Assembly: GCA_964559855.1 (NCBI GenBank)
Contig: CAZLJC010000002.1
Span: forward strand, 3,900-67,899
DNA length: 64,000 bases
Direction of reading: 5' to 3'
From: an uncultured Actinomycetes bacterium
GTDB lineage: Bacteria > Chloroflexota > Dormibacteria > Dormibacterales > Dormibacteraceae
The translations under genes were made by a program, and so were the position numbers. This document shows positions 39,535 through 48,869 of the stretch, in pieces (position 1 is the stretch's first letter; the number at the start of each line of letters is the position of its first letter). A model generated the notes under the pieces. It was not told the origin of the DNA and did not search any database. It worked only from the letters and a program-made list of their open reading frames with translations.

Positions 39535-40700
39535 CAGGTCTCGTGCAGGATCGCGACGCCCGGCAGCTCCTTGCCCTCCAGGTACTCGAGCGTCGCGCCG
39601 CCGCCGGTCGAGACCCACGAGAACCGGCCCGCCAGGCCGAGCGCGTCGATCGCCGCCACCGTATCGCCCCCGCCGACGAGGCTGTACGCGCCCGAGGCCG
39701 CGATCGCCTCGCCCACGCCCTTGGTGCCCTCCGCGAACTCCTTTATCTCGGCCACCCCGACCGGGCCGTTCCAGATCACCGTCCCGGCGCCGCGCAGCCT
39801 GTCCCTGAACAGGGCGACCGACCGCGGACCGATATCCAGCGCCATCCACTCCGCCTCGACCTTCTCGGCCGGGAACAGGCGCAGCGGCTGGGCCGCCTCC
39901 ATCTTCCGGGCGCAGACCAGGTCGACCGGCAGCACGAGCTTGTCGCCCGCCTCCTTCGCCACGGCTCGCGCCTCGTCGAGCGCGGCGTCCTCGACCAGCC
40001 CGGCGCCCGTCGCCCACCCGCGCGCCTTGAAGAACGTGTTCGCCATCGCGCCGCCGACCAGGAGCGAGTCGACCTTCGTCAGCAGGTTGCGCAGCACGCC
40101 CACCTTCGTCGACACCTTGGCCCCGCCGACCACCGCGACCATGGGCCGCTTGGGCCCGTCGAGCGCGCGATGGAGCGCGTCGAGCTCGGCCTGCATCAGC
40201 TCGCCCGCGTACGCCGGCAGGTAGGCCGCGACGCCGACCACCGACGCGTGGGCGCGATGCGAGGAGCCGAACGCGTCGTTGACGAAGAGGTCGCCCAGCG
40301 ACGCGAGGCGGCGCGCGAAGGCCGGGTCGTTGGCCTCGTCCTCCTTGTGATAGCGCACGTTCTCCAGCAGAAGGACCTGGCCCGACTGCAGCGCGTCCAC
40401 GGCGCTCAGCGCGCTGTCCCCGACGCAGTCCGGGGCAAACTCCACCGCGCGGCCGAGCCGCTTGCCGAGGTCGTCGGCCACGGGCCGCAGCGACAGGTCC
40501 GGCTCCCTGTCCTTCGGCCGCCCGAGATGCGAGATCACGATCACGCGCGCACCCCGCTGCGCCAGGTGCTGCAGCGTGGGGACCGCGGCGCGGACGCGCG
40601 TGTCGTCCGCGATCCCCCCGCCGGCCAGCGGGACGTTGAGGTCTTCGCGAACGAGGACGCGCTTTCCGGCGACGTCCACGGCGGTGATGGAGGCTTTCAG
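39534..40700 (-). CDS. pgk: phosphoglycerate kinase (start probably CTG 40700; alternative GTG 40679)
   Basis: …GKRVLVREDLNVP…ISHLGRP…FVNDAFGSSHR…GGAKVSTK…STGGGATLE…. Confidence 0.92.
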   Translation of the reverse strand: MKASITAVDVAGKRVLVREDLNVPLAGGGIADDTRVRAAVPTLQHLAQRGARVIVISHLGRPKDREPDLSLRPVADDLGKRLGRAVEFAPDCVGDSALSAVDALQSGQVLLLENVRYHKEDEANDPAFARRLASLGDLFVNDAFGSSHRAHASVVGVAAYLPAYAGELMQAELDALHRALDGPKRPMVAVVGGAKVSTKVGVLRNLLTKVDSLLVGGAMANTFFKARGWATGAGLVEDAALDEARAVAKEAGDKLVLPVDLVCARKMEAAQPLRLFPAEKVEAEWMALDIGPRSVALFRDRLRGAGTVIWNGPVGVAEIKEFAEGTKGVGEAIAASGAYSLVGGGDTVAAIDALGLAGRFSWVSTGGGATLEYLEGKELPGVAILHET

Positions 40701-41707
40701 AGCCGCTCCGCCATGTACCCGACCAGGTCGACCATCCGGCAGCTGAAGCCCCACTCGTTGTCGTACCAGCTCACGACCTTCGCCCAATCGCCCGTGAGGA
40801 CCAGTGTGGAGGGCGCATCGACGATCGACGAATGCGAGTCGCCCTTGAAGTCCGAGGAGACGAGCTCTTCGTGGCTGACGGCGAGGATGCCCTCGAGCTC
40901 TCCGCTCGCCGCCTCGTCGAACGCGGCGTTGATGTCCTCCACCGTCGTCTTGCGGCCGAGCTGCACTGTGAGGTCGACCACGGAGACGTCGAGGATCGGA
41001 ACGCGGAAGGACATCCCGGAGAACCTGCCCGACAGCTCGGGCAGCACCTCGGCGACGGCCCGGTTGGCGCCGGTCGACGTCGGGATGATGTTGTCCGCCG
41101 CCGCGCGCGCGCGGCGCAGGTCCTTGTGCGGCAGGTCCTGCAGCCGCTGGTCGGCGGTGTACGCGTGGATCGTCGTCATCATCCCGCGCTCGATGCCGAA
41201 GGAGTCGTGCAGGACCTTGGCCAGGGGGACGAAGCAGTTGGTGGTGCAGCTCGCGTTGGAGACGACCTGGTGCTTGGCCGGGTCATAGCCCTTGTGGTTG
41301 ACGCCCATGACGACCGTGTAGTCCTGGTTCGTCGCCGGCGCGGAGATGATCACCTTCCTGGCCCCGCCGCGGTCGATGTGCACGCGCGCCTTGGTCGCGT
41401 CGGTGAACAGGCCGGTCGACTCGATGACGATGTCGACGCCCAGATCCTTCCACGGCAGCTCGCCGGGGTCCTTGTGGCTCAGGAACTTCACGTCGTGCCC
41501 GTCGACGTGGATCACGTCGTCGCCCGCCTTCACGGCCGGGGCGAAGGTGCCGAGCGCGGTGTCGTGCTTGAGCAGATGCGCGAAGGTCTTCGCGTCGCCG
41601 ATGTCGTTGACGGCGACGATGTCGAAGTTTGGCTTCAGGTCCCAGGCGGCGCGGAAGATGTTGCGCCCGATCCGCCCGAAGCCGTTGATACCGACCTTGA
41701 GTGCCAT
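40697..41707 (-). CDS. gap: type I glyceraldehyde-3-phosphate dehydrogenase
   Basis: MALKVGINGFGRIGR…SNASCTTNC…WYDNEWG…. Confidence 0.95.
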   Translation of the reverse strand: MALKVGINGFGRIGRNIFRAAWDLKPNFDIVAVNDIGDAKTFAHLLKHDTALGTFAPAVKAGDDVIHVDGHDVKFLSHKDPGELPWKDLGVDIVIESTGLFTDATKARVHIDRGGARKVIISAPATNQDYTVVMGVNHKGYDPAKHQVVSNASCTTNCFVPLAKVLHDSFGIERGMMTTIHAYTADQRLQDLPHKDLRRARAAADNIIPTSTGANRAVAEVLPELSGRFSGMSFRVPILDVSVVDLTVQLGRKTTVEDINAAFDEAASGELEGILAVSHEELVSSDFKGDSHSSIVDAPSTLVLTGDWAKVVSWYDNEWGFSCRMVDLVGYMAERL

Positions 41708-41752
41708 GATGGCGCGCTCCTGATGTTGAGCCGGCGGGGAACGCCGTAAATG

Positions 41753-42691
41753 TTAGGCGGAGCGGCGCTGGTGCTCGGAGGGCCGGGAGACCTCCCTGTC
41801 CGCGGCCGGCCGGCCGTGGGCCTCCGCGAGCTGCTGCAGCCGGCGCAGCCGGTGGTTGACCGCGGACTTGGACAGGTTCATCCGGCCGGCCAGTTCGACC
41901 AGGTTCAGCTCGGGGTTCGCCGCCCTCCAGCGCGCCATCTCCCGCAGCGCCTCCGGCAGCCGGTCCAGCATCCCGCCGGCCTGCAGCCGCTCGATCGCGG
42001 CCGCCTGGCGCAGCCCGGAGCCGATGGTCTTGCCGATGTTCGCCGTCTCGAAGTTCAGGCGGCGGTTGACCTCTCCGCTCACCTCGCGCACGACGCGCAC
42101 GTTCTCGAACTCCATCACGGCGCGGCTCGCGCCCATCGTCGACAGCAGCCGGACGATGCTGTCGCCGTCCTTCGCGTAAACGACGGGCTGGCCGGCGCGG
42201 TCGGTGATGCCGACCTTCACGCCCGCGCTCTCGGCCAGGCGCTTGATCGCCGCCGCCCACGAGGGCGTGGGAGCCACGAACTCGAGGTGGTAGCGCGCGT
42301 TCGGCGCGTTGACCGAGCCGCAGCCCAGGAACAGGCCGCGGAGCATGGCCTTGCGGTCGCAGGCCGCGTCGGGCACCGCTTTGCTGGGCGGCAGGCTGAA
42401 CATCGGCAGCAGTGCCTCTGGCACGGCGAGCTCGATGAAGAAGGTCATCCGCTTGCGCGTCTTGACCGCCTGGTACTTCGGCTCCATCCGCCCCACCGCA
42501 TGGCCGAGGCGCACCACCTTGCGGGCCACCGCGTTGCGCAGCAGCGAGAAATAGGCCGACCGCCCCCGCGGGCCGCCCAGCAGGCGCCCGCGCGAGCCGT
42601 GGTAGATGCCGAGCAGCTCGCTGAGCTGGCAGCACGGTCGCGCGGGCAACAGCCCGGCCAGCTCGTTCTTGACGTCAGCAGAGAACGAAAT
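41753..42691 (-). CDS. whiA: DNA-binding protein WhiA (start probably ATT 42691; tracked ORF starts at TTG 42649)
   Basis: (I/M)SFSADVKNELAGLLPARPCCQLSELLG… matches the conserved WhiA N-terminus (MSF..E.K.EL….CC..AEL). C-terminal HTH …LSKSAVNHRLRRL…. Confidence 0.88.
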   Translation of the reverse strand: MSFSADVKNELAGLLPARPCCQLSELLGIYHGSRGRLLGGPRGRSAYFSLLRNAVARKVVRLGHAVGRMEPKYQAVKTRKRMTFFIELAVPEALLPMFSLPPSKAVPDAACDRKAMLRGLFLGCGSVNAPNARYHLEFVAPTPSWAAAIKRLAESAGVKVGITDRAGQPVVYAKDGDSIVRLLSTMGASRAVMEFENVRVVREVSGEVNRRLNFETANIGKTIGSGLRQAAAIERLQAGGMLDRLPEALREMARWRAANPELNLVELAGRMNLSKSAVNHRLRRLQQLAEAHGRPAADREVSRPSEHQRRSA

Positions 42692-42776
42692 CCGCCAACC
42701 TCCTCTTCGAGTCTAACGCCCGACCTCGGCCGTTCGGTCATCCGGTCCCCGGCCGCGCGACAATCAGCGCAGAGCG

Positions 42777-43760
42777 ATGGCCGAGCTGCGCATGATCGAG
42801 GCGGTCCGCGCCGCCATGACCGAGGAGATGGAGCGGGACGAGCGCGTGCTGGTCCTGGGCGAGGACGTCGGCCGCAAGGGCGGCGTCTTCGGCGCCACGG
42901 ACGGCCTGCACGCCCGGTTCGGCGAGGCCCGCGTCCTCGACACCCCGCTGGCGGAGGGCGCGATCGTCGGCGTCGCCGTCGGCGCCGCGCTCAACGGCCT
43001 GGTCCCGATCGCCGAGATCCAGTTCGCCGACTTCATCCACCCCGCCTTCGACCAGATCGTGAGCGAGGCGGCGCGTACGCGCTACCGCTCCAACGGGGGC
43101 TGGTCGGTGCCCATGGTGATCCGCGCCCCGTTCGGCGGCGGCGTCCACGGCGGGCTATACCACTCGCAGTCGATCGAGGCTTTCTACGCCCACGTGCCCG
43201 GTCTGAAGGTCGTGGTGCCGAGCATGCCCGCGGACGCGCACGGGCTGCTCAAGTCGGCGATCCGCGACCCCGACCCCGTCGTCTTCCTGGAGCACAAGCG
43301 CGTGTACCGCCTGGTGGCCGAGGAGGTGCCGGAGGGCGACCACCTCGTGCCCATCGGCCCCGCGGTGATCCGCAGGCCCGGCACCAGGCTGAGCTGCTTC
43401 GCGTGGGGCCTGATGACGCACCACTGCCTGGAGGCGGCGCGGCAGCTCGATTCCGAGGGGGTGAGCGTCGAGGTGGTCGATCTGCGCACGCTCGCGCCGC
43501 TCGACCGCGAAACCATCCTCGACTCGGTCCGGCGGACCGGCAAGGCGATGGTGGTCCACGAGGACAACCTGACCGGCGGCTTCGGCGCCGAGGTGGCGGC
43601 GCTCATCTCCGAGCACGCCTTCGAGAGCCTGGACGGTCCGGTGGTGCGCGTGGCCGGCCCCGACGTCCCCGCGATGCCCTTCAACACCCCGCAGGAAGAC
43701 TTCTTCATGCCCAACCCCGAGAAGATCGCGGAGGCGATGCGCAAGCTTGCCGCGTACTAG
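42777..43760 (+). CDS. alpha-ketoacid dehydrogenase E1 component beta subunit (no adjacent alpha subunit)
   Basis: …LGEDVG..GGVFG.T.GL…DTPLAE.AI.G.A.GAA..G..P…HSQS…; 327 aa. Confidence 0.85.
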   Translation: MAELRMIEAVRAAMTEEMERDERVLVLGEDVGRKGGVFGATDGLHARFGEARVLDTPLAEGAIVGVAVGAALNGLVPIAEIQFADFIHPAFDQIVSEAARTRYRSNGGWSVPMVIRAPFGGGVHGGLYHSQSIEAFYAHVPGLKVVVPSMPADAHGLLKSAIRDPDPVVFLEHKRVYRLVAEEVPEGDHLVPIGPAVIRRPGTRLSCFAWGLMTHHCLEAARQLDSEGVSVEVVDLRTLAPLDRETILDSVRRTGKAMVVHEDNLTGGFGAEVAALISEHAFESLDGPVVRVAGPDVPAMPFNTPQEDFFMPNPEKIAEAMRKLAAY

Positions 43761-44997
43761 GAGCGGACGTGCGAAGGCGGCAGCCGCGGGGCCGGCCCCG
43801 GCGGCCGTGACCGTGCGCGTGCCCGAGGTCACGCAGGACGAGTACCGCCGGCGCCGCGAGGCGGTGGCCGCGGGCATGGAGGCCGCCCGTCTCGACGCGT
43901 TGTGCGTCTTCTACCCGGCGCGGGTCGCCTACCTCACCGGCTTTCACCACATCCCCACCGAGCGGCCGGTCGTGCTGGTCGTCGGCTCGACCGGCGAGTC
44001 GGCCCTGGTCGCCCCGGCCGTGGAGAAGGAGCACGCCGAGGCGGCGACGCGGGTCGACCGGCTGAACGTGTACTTCGACTACCCGGGGGCGGAGCACCCG
44101 ATGGAGCAGGTGAGCGCCCTCCTCCGCGAGATGCAGGCCCGGCCGTACCGCACCGGGGCCGACCACGACGGCTGCTGGCCGCTGTGGGGCTACCGGGGGC
44201 CGCGCCTGAGCGACCTGACCGGCGAGCGCCCGATCGACGCGGAGCTCATCGTCGAGTCGCTCCGGCGGGTCAAGTCCGCCGCCGAGCTCGAATGCCTGCA
44301 GCTGGCGTGCGACTGGGCCGCCCGCGCGCACCGCCGGATGCAGGACGCGATCAGGCCCGGCCGGACCGAGATGGAGTCGTACGCCCCGGTCGCGACCGAG
44401 ACGCTGCTCGAGCTGGTGCGCGAGGTGCCGGGCTGGCGGCCGCGCGGCGCGGACGAGACGGGTCTCACCGCGGAGTTCGTGGCCGGCCGCTCCACCGCGA
44501 TGCCCCACGGCTTCGTCAAGGGCGTGGGCGTGCAGCCCGGCGATGTCCTAGTGAGCGGGGCGGCGCTGAACGTCGACGGGTACCACAGCGAGCTCGAGCG
44601 CACGCTCATCGTCGGAGAGCCGACGCACGAGCAGAGGCGCGCGTTCGACGCGATGCTCGCGCTTCAGTCCCGCGCCCTCGAGGTCATGGCGCCCGGCGTT
44701 CCCGCGGGCGAGGTGGAGCTGGCCACGGTGCGGCTGGCTGAGGAGCTCGGGGTGGCGGACCGCCTGCGCCACCACGTGGGCCACTCGATCGGCCTCGAGG
44801 CGCACGAGGCGCCGTTCCTGGACCGCGGCGAGGAGGCGGTGCTCGAGGCCGGCATGGTGTTCACGGTCGAGCCGGGCCTGTACTTCCCCGACCTCGGCGG
44901 CTTCCGGCACTCCGACACGGTGGTGGTCACCGACGGCGGATGCCGCGTGATGACCGACTACCCGCGCGCCCTGGAAGACCTGATCGTCAGCGCGTAG
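43747..44997 (+). CDS. M24-family metallopeptidase (Xaa-Pro aminopeptidase/creatinase-like); start uncertain
   Basis: …VKSAAELECL…PHG…GDVL…D…GYHSELERT…GHSIGLEAHE…FTVEPG…. Confidence 0.8.
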   Translation: MPRTRSGRAKAAAAGPAPAAVTVRVPEVTQDEYRRRREAVAAGMEAARLDALCVFYPARVAYLTGFHHIPTERPVVLVVGSTGESALVAPAVEKEHAEAATRVDRLNVYFDYPGAEHPMEQVSALLREMQARPYRTGADHDGCWPLWGYRGPRLSDLTGERPIDAELIVESLRRVKSAAELECLQLACDWAARAHRRMQDAIRPGRTEMESYAPVATETLLELVREVPGWRPRGADETGLTAEFVAGRSTAMPHGFVKGVGVQPGDVLVSGAALNVDGYHSELERTLIVGEPTHEQRRAFDAMLALQSRALEVMAPGVPAGEVELATVRLAEELGVADRLRHHVGHSIGLEAHEAPFLDRGEEAVLEAGMVFTVEPGLYFPDLGGFRHSDTVVVTDGGCRVMTDYPRALEDLIVSA

Positions 44998-46930
44998 TCG
45001 CGAGCGTCGCGGGCAGGGGGATGACCTTGCTCGTGTACATGTGCAGCACGGCGGTGCCGTCGGCCGCATGCCGGCGCACCCGGTCCACCGCGGCGGGCGG
45101 CAGCATGTCCTTGTCCTCCACGGTCACCACGGTCTCGCGCGGCGAGATCGTGCGCCAGACCTGGCCGACCATCTCCCGCGGAAGGCTGCCCGGGATGTAG
45201 ACGAACCGGCGATGTGGCACCGTCTTGCGCGCCATCATCTCCGCGCGGGCGAACGCGTCGTGGGCCGCGTAATCCTTCAGCCAGGGGTCCGTGACCTCCA
45301 GCAGCTCGTGGTGCTCGTGCGGGTGGCGGCTTCCCCGATAGAGGAAGACGGCGCCTCGCCCCGCCGCCGCCCTCGTACCCTCGGCGATCACCGCCTCCGC
45401 GGCCAACTGCTCGTGGGGCAGGATTACCAGCACCTCGCCGATGTCGCGGCGGTGGCCCAGGGCGCGGATCGACTCCGAGGCGCGCTGCGGGCGGAACGGC
45501 ACCGGGAACACGGCGGGGCGCCGGCTCCGGCTCCGGCGGTACGTGACCAGGCCGATGATCAGGCCGGCCACCGTCAGCCCGCCGCCGAACTCGGTCGCGA
45601 GCGGCTTCCCGATGACGTTGATCACCCACGCGGTGACCACCAGCGCCGTCGTCAGCGCGCCCATCGCGAAGAACAGCACGGCCGGCAGGCTCCAGCTCCG
45701 GTGCTCGCGCCACCGGACGACGTCCAGGCTCACGCACGTCAGCACGAACGTGCCCAGCAGCCCGAACGCATACAGGTCGCCAAGCAGGTCGACGTTGCCC
45801 CGCGACGCGATCACGACCGCGATGGGAACGGCGACCGCGGCGAGGATCGCCCAGTGCGGGGTCAGGCGCCGCCGGTTGCGGCGCTCCAGCGCGCGCGGCA
45901 GAAAGCCCATCCGCGCCAGCGCGATGAACACGTGGTACGAGCCGATGATCGCCGTGTTGCTGGCGAACACGAGCAGGATGGCGCCGCTGACCGCCACGTA
46001 GCCCCCGAGCAGCTGCCCCGCCACGTGAGCGCCGAGCAACGAGATGAGCTGGTTCGGGTCGTCCTTCGCCGAGAGCAGCGTCGTGGACCACAGGGTGAGC
46101 AGCGGGCTCGTCACGGCCATCGTCGCGACCACCGCGCTCATCGAGCGGAAGGCGACCTGGCGGCGCGGCTCGCGCATGGCCGGCGCCAGCTGGGCGATGC
46201 TCTCCAGGCCGGAGAACGCGAGAAACGCGGCGCCGTATCCGAGCAGCACGACGCGGAAGGTCAGCGGCGGCCCGGACAGCAGCACCTGGATGCTGTGCGC
46301 GATCCCTGACGGGCCGAGGTAGATCGCGGTCGCCACCAGCACCATGCCCTGTCCGGCCGCGGCGGCCGTCGCGAAGATCGCCGTCGTGCGCGCGCTCTCC
46401 TTGATCCCCAGCAGGTTGAGCACCGCGAGACCGGCGAGCGCGACCACCGTCAGCTCGAGGACCAGCGGCGTGACCGAGGGCACGACCGCGCCGAGGTAGA
46501 ACATCCCCGACAGCGCGCTCAGCGCCGCCGTCAGGTAGTAGTCGACGGTGATGAAGAGGCCGCCGAGCAGCCCGGCAAAAGGGTGCAGAGCCTGCGAGGA
46601 GACGTTGACGACGCCCCCGCCCTCGGGATACCGCCACGTCACCTCGGCGTACTTCACGCAGAGCAGGACGAAGACGAAGAGCGTCATCACCACGAAGATC
46701 GCGGAGCGCGTGCCGAAGTGGCCCGTGAGGATGCCCGGGACGTAGTAGATCGACGTCCCGATATCGGCGAACACGACCGCCCAGCACAGGAACGGCCCGA
46801 GGTTCCCTCCCCGGAACTTGATCCGGCGGCGCGCGCGCGCCTGGTCCTCCGTCACCTTCCGAGCGCGCTCCTCATCCGATTCGAGCGTAGGACCGCGCCT
46901 CGTGTGCTCCGTGTGGCGAGAGCGCCCCAA
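44987..46930 (-). CDS. APC-superfamily amino acid permease with a C-terminal universal-stress-protein-like domain
   Basis: About 12 TM helices (…FADIGTSIYYVPG…), then a cytoplasmic ~170-aa tail …VLVILPHEQ…. TTG start uncertain. Confidence 0.75.
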   Translation of the reverse strand: MGRSRHTEHTRRGPTLESDEERARKVTEDQARARRRIKFRGGNLGPFLCWAVVFADIGTSIYYVPGILTGHFGTRSAIFVVMTLFVFVLLCVKYAEVTWRYPEGGGVVNVSSQALHPFAGLLGGLFITVDYYLTAALSALSGMFYLGAVVPSVTPLVLELTVVALAGLAVLNLLGIKESARTTAIFATAAAAGQGMVLVATAIYLGPSGIAHSIQVLLSGPPLTFRVVLLGYGAAFLAFSGLESIAQLAPAMREPRRQVAFRSMSAVVATMAVTSPLLTLWSTTLLSAKDDPNQLISLLGAHVAGQLLGGYVAVSGAILLVFASNTAIIGSYHVFIALARMGFLPRALERRNRRRLTPHWAILAAVAVPIAVVIASRGNVDLLGDLYAFGLLGTFVLTCVSLDVVRWREHRSWSLPAVLFFAMGALTTALVVTAWVINVIGKPLATEFGGGLTVAGLIIGLVTYRRSRSRRPAVFPVPFRPQRASESIRALGHRRDIGEVLVILPHEQLAAEAVIAEGTRAAAGRGAVFLYRGSRHPHEHHELLEVTDPWLKDYAAHDAFARAEMMARKTVPHRRFVYIPGSLPREMVGQVWRTISPRETVVTVEDKDMLPPAAVDRVRRHAADGTAVLHMYTSKVIPLPATLATTR

Positions 46931-46933
46931 CCC

Positions 46934-46953
46934 GTATGGATCGTGTATGGATC
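46934..46953. promoter_or_regulatory. direct repeat GTATGGATC-GT-GTATGGATC (11-bp period) in the 51-bp divergent region between the two APC permease genes; candidate operator
   Basis: Read directly at 46934-46942 and 46945-46953. It is the only low-GC motif in the tiny shared control region. Confidence 0.25.
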
Positions 46954-46981
46954 CGAGGGCAATCCTTTACCCTCCGATGCG

Positions 46982-48841
46982 ATGAGCCCAGAGGCCGTCG
47001 CCAGGCGGGGCCGCCGGCCGGGAGACCTCCGCATGGTCGTGCGCCGGCCGGCCAAGCTGCCCCGCACGCTAGGCGCGCCGGCTCTCTTCTCCGCCGCCTA
47101 CGGCAACGTGGGCTCGAGCATCTACTACGCGCTCGGCGTCACCGCGGCCTTTGCGCTGGGCCTGACGCCCCTGGCGATGATCCTGGCCGGGTGCATCTTC
47201 GTCACCACCGCGCTCAACTACGCGGAGGGCACCGCGGCCCTGCCCCACGCGGGCGGCAGCTCGAGCTTCGCGCGCCGCGCGTTCAACGAGCCGATCGGCT
47301 TCATCGTCGGGTGGGTCCAGCTCTTGAACTACACCGCGACGGTGTCGATCTCCTCGTACTTCGCGATCAGCTACCTCGGGGTGTTCGGCAAGTACTGGCC
47401 GCTGTTCGCGCGGCTGCGCACAGACGACGTGTGGCACGTCGGGGCGACAGTCGTGCTGATCGTGATCCTGATCGGCGTCAACGTGATCGGCATCCAGGAG
47501 TCGAGCGCGCTCAACCTGGTGCTCGCGCTGGCCGACCTGCTGACGCAGTTCGTGCTGGTCATCCTCGGCGTGATCCTGCTCCTGAACATCCGCACCGTGC
47601 TCTCCAACATCCACCTCGGCGTCGCGCCGACGTGGGGCAGCTTCGTCGCCAGCATCTCCATCGCCATGGTCACGTACACCGGCATCGAGACCATCTCCAA
47701 CATGTCGGAGGAGGCCAAGAACCCCGGTCGCGCCGTGCCCCGCGCGACGTTCGCCGTCATCGTCGCCGTGCTGTTCGTGGCCGCGTTCCTGCCGACGATC
47801 GGCGTCAGCGTGTTCCCCGTGCACCCGGACGGGCACGCGGGCTGGACCACCGACCTGGCCACCACGTGGAAGGCCGACCCCGTCGCGGGCATCGTCACCG
47901 GATTCGGAGTCGTGTCACAGGCGCTCGCCTTCTGGGCGGGCATCTGGGTCGGCATCCTGGCCTTCACCATCCTGGTCATCGCGACCAACGCCGGCCTCAT
48001 CGGCATCTCCCGCCTCAGCTACTCGCTCGCCGGCGCGGAGCTCCTGCCCAAGCGGTTCGCGCAGCTGCACCCGAAGTTCCGGACGCCGTACATCTCGATC
48101 ATCGTCTTCGGCATAGCGGGCGCCCTGCTCGTGGCGCCGGGGGCTCTCGTCGGCGGCAAGGTCATCGATCTGATGAGCGCCGTGTACTCCCTGGCCGCGA
48201 CGTTCGCCTTCTGCTCCGCGCACCTGTCGGTGATGCGCCTGCGCTACATCGAGCCCGCGCTGCACCGGCCGTACCGCATGCCGTGGAACATCCGCTTCGG
48301 CCGCGACAGCATTCCCGTCCTCTCGCTGCTCGGCGCGCTCTTCATCGGGACCGTGTTCACGCAGCTGATGTTCCAGAACATCTCGAACTCGACGCTGGTC
48401 TACCTCGGCTGGCTCGGGCTCGGGGCGCTGACCTTCGTGCTCTACCGCCGGTACCGGCACGAGCCGCTGTGGGAGCCGCTCGAGGTGCCGCCGCCGCGGG
48501 AGCGCGAGACGGACCACCTGCCGTACGAGGCGCTGCCCCGGAGCGCCCGCTACCGCATGGGGCGGCGGGAGCGGGTCTCGGCCCACGTGGCGGCGGTGCC
48601 GCACGGCGCGGTGCACCACCGTGCCAGGTGGAGGCTCGAGCTCGAGCTGTTCGTCGCGCGCCACGGCAGGCTGCGCGGCGCGCTCATCGTGCTCGTGTTC
48701 GCCGCCGTCAGCGGGCTGGCGGTCTTCGTCGACCTCTCACCGTACGATCCGACCGGGCCCGGGCTGGGCTGGTCGCCCGGCCTGGTCGCGGTCGCGTTCA
48801 TCGCCGCGTACCTCCTGAATCGCAGCCACTCGGAACGCTAG
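46982..48841 (+). CDS. APC-superfamily amino acid permease
   Basis: From MSPEAVARRG (ATG 46982): …FSAAYGNVGSSIYYALG…; polytopic with an extended C-terminal region. Confidence 0.8.
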   Translation: MSPEAVARRGRRPGDLRMVVRRPAKLPRTLGAPALFSAAYGNVGSSIYYALGVTAAFALGLTPLAMILAGCIFVTTALNYAEGTAALPHAGGSSSFARRAFNEPIGFIVGWVQLLNYTATVSISSYFAISYLGVFGKYWPLFARLRTDDVWHVGATVVLIVILIGVNVIGIQESSALNLVLALADLLTQFVLVILGVILLLNIRTVLSNIHLGVAPTWGSFVASISIAMVTYTGIETISNMSEEAKNPGRAVPRATFAVIVAVLFVAAFLPTIGVSVFPVHPDGHAGWTTDLATTWKADPVAGIVTGFGVVSQALAFWAGIWVGILAFTILVIATNAGLIGISRLSYSLAGAELLPKRFAQLHPKFRTPYISIIVFGIAGALLVAPGALVGGKVIDLMSAVYSLAATFAFCSAHLSVMRLRYIEPALHRPYRMPWNIRFGRDSIPVLSLLGALFIGTVFTQLMFQNISNSTLVYLGWLGLGALTFVLYRRYRHEPLWEPLEVPPPRERETDHLPYEALPRSARYRMGRRERVSAHVAAVPHGAVHHRARWRLELELFVARHGRLRGALIVLVFAAVSGLAVFVDLSPYDPTGPGLGWSPGLVAVAFIAAYLLNRSHSER

Positions 48842-48869
48842 GGCGCGCCGCCGTGAGCCTCCAGGCCCG

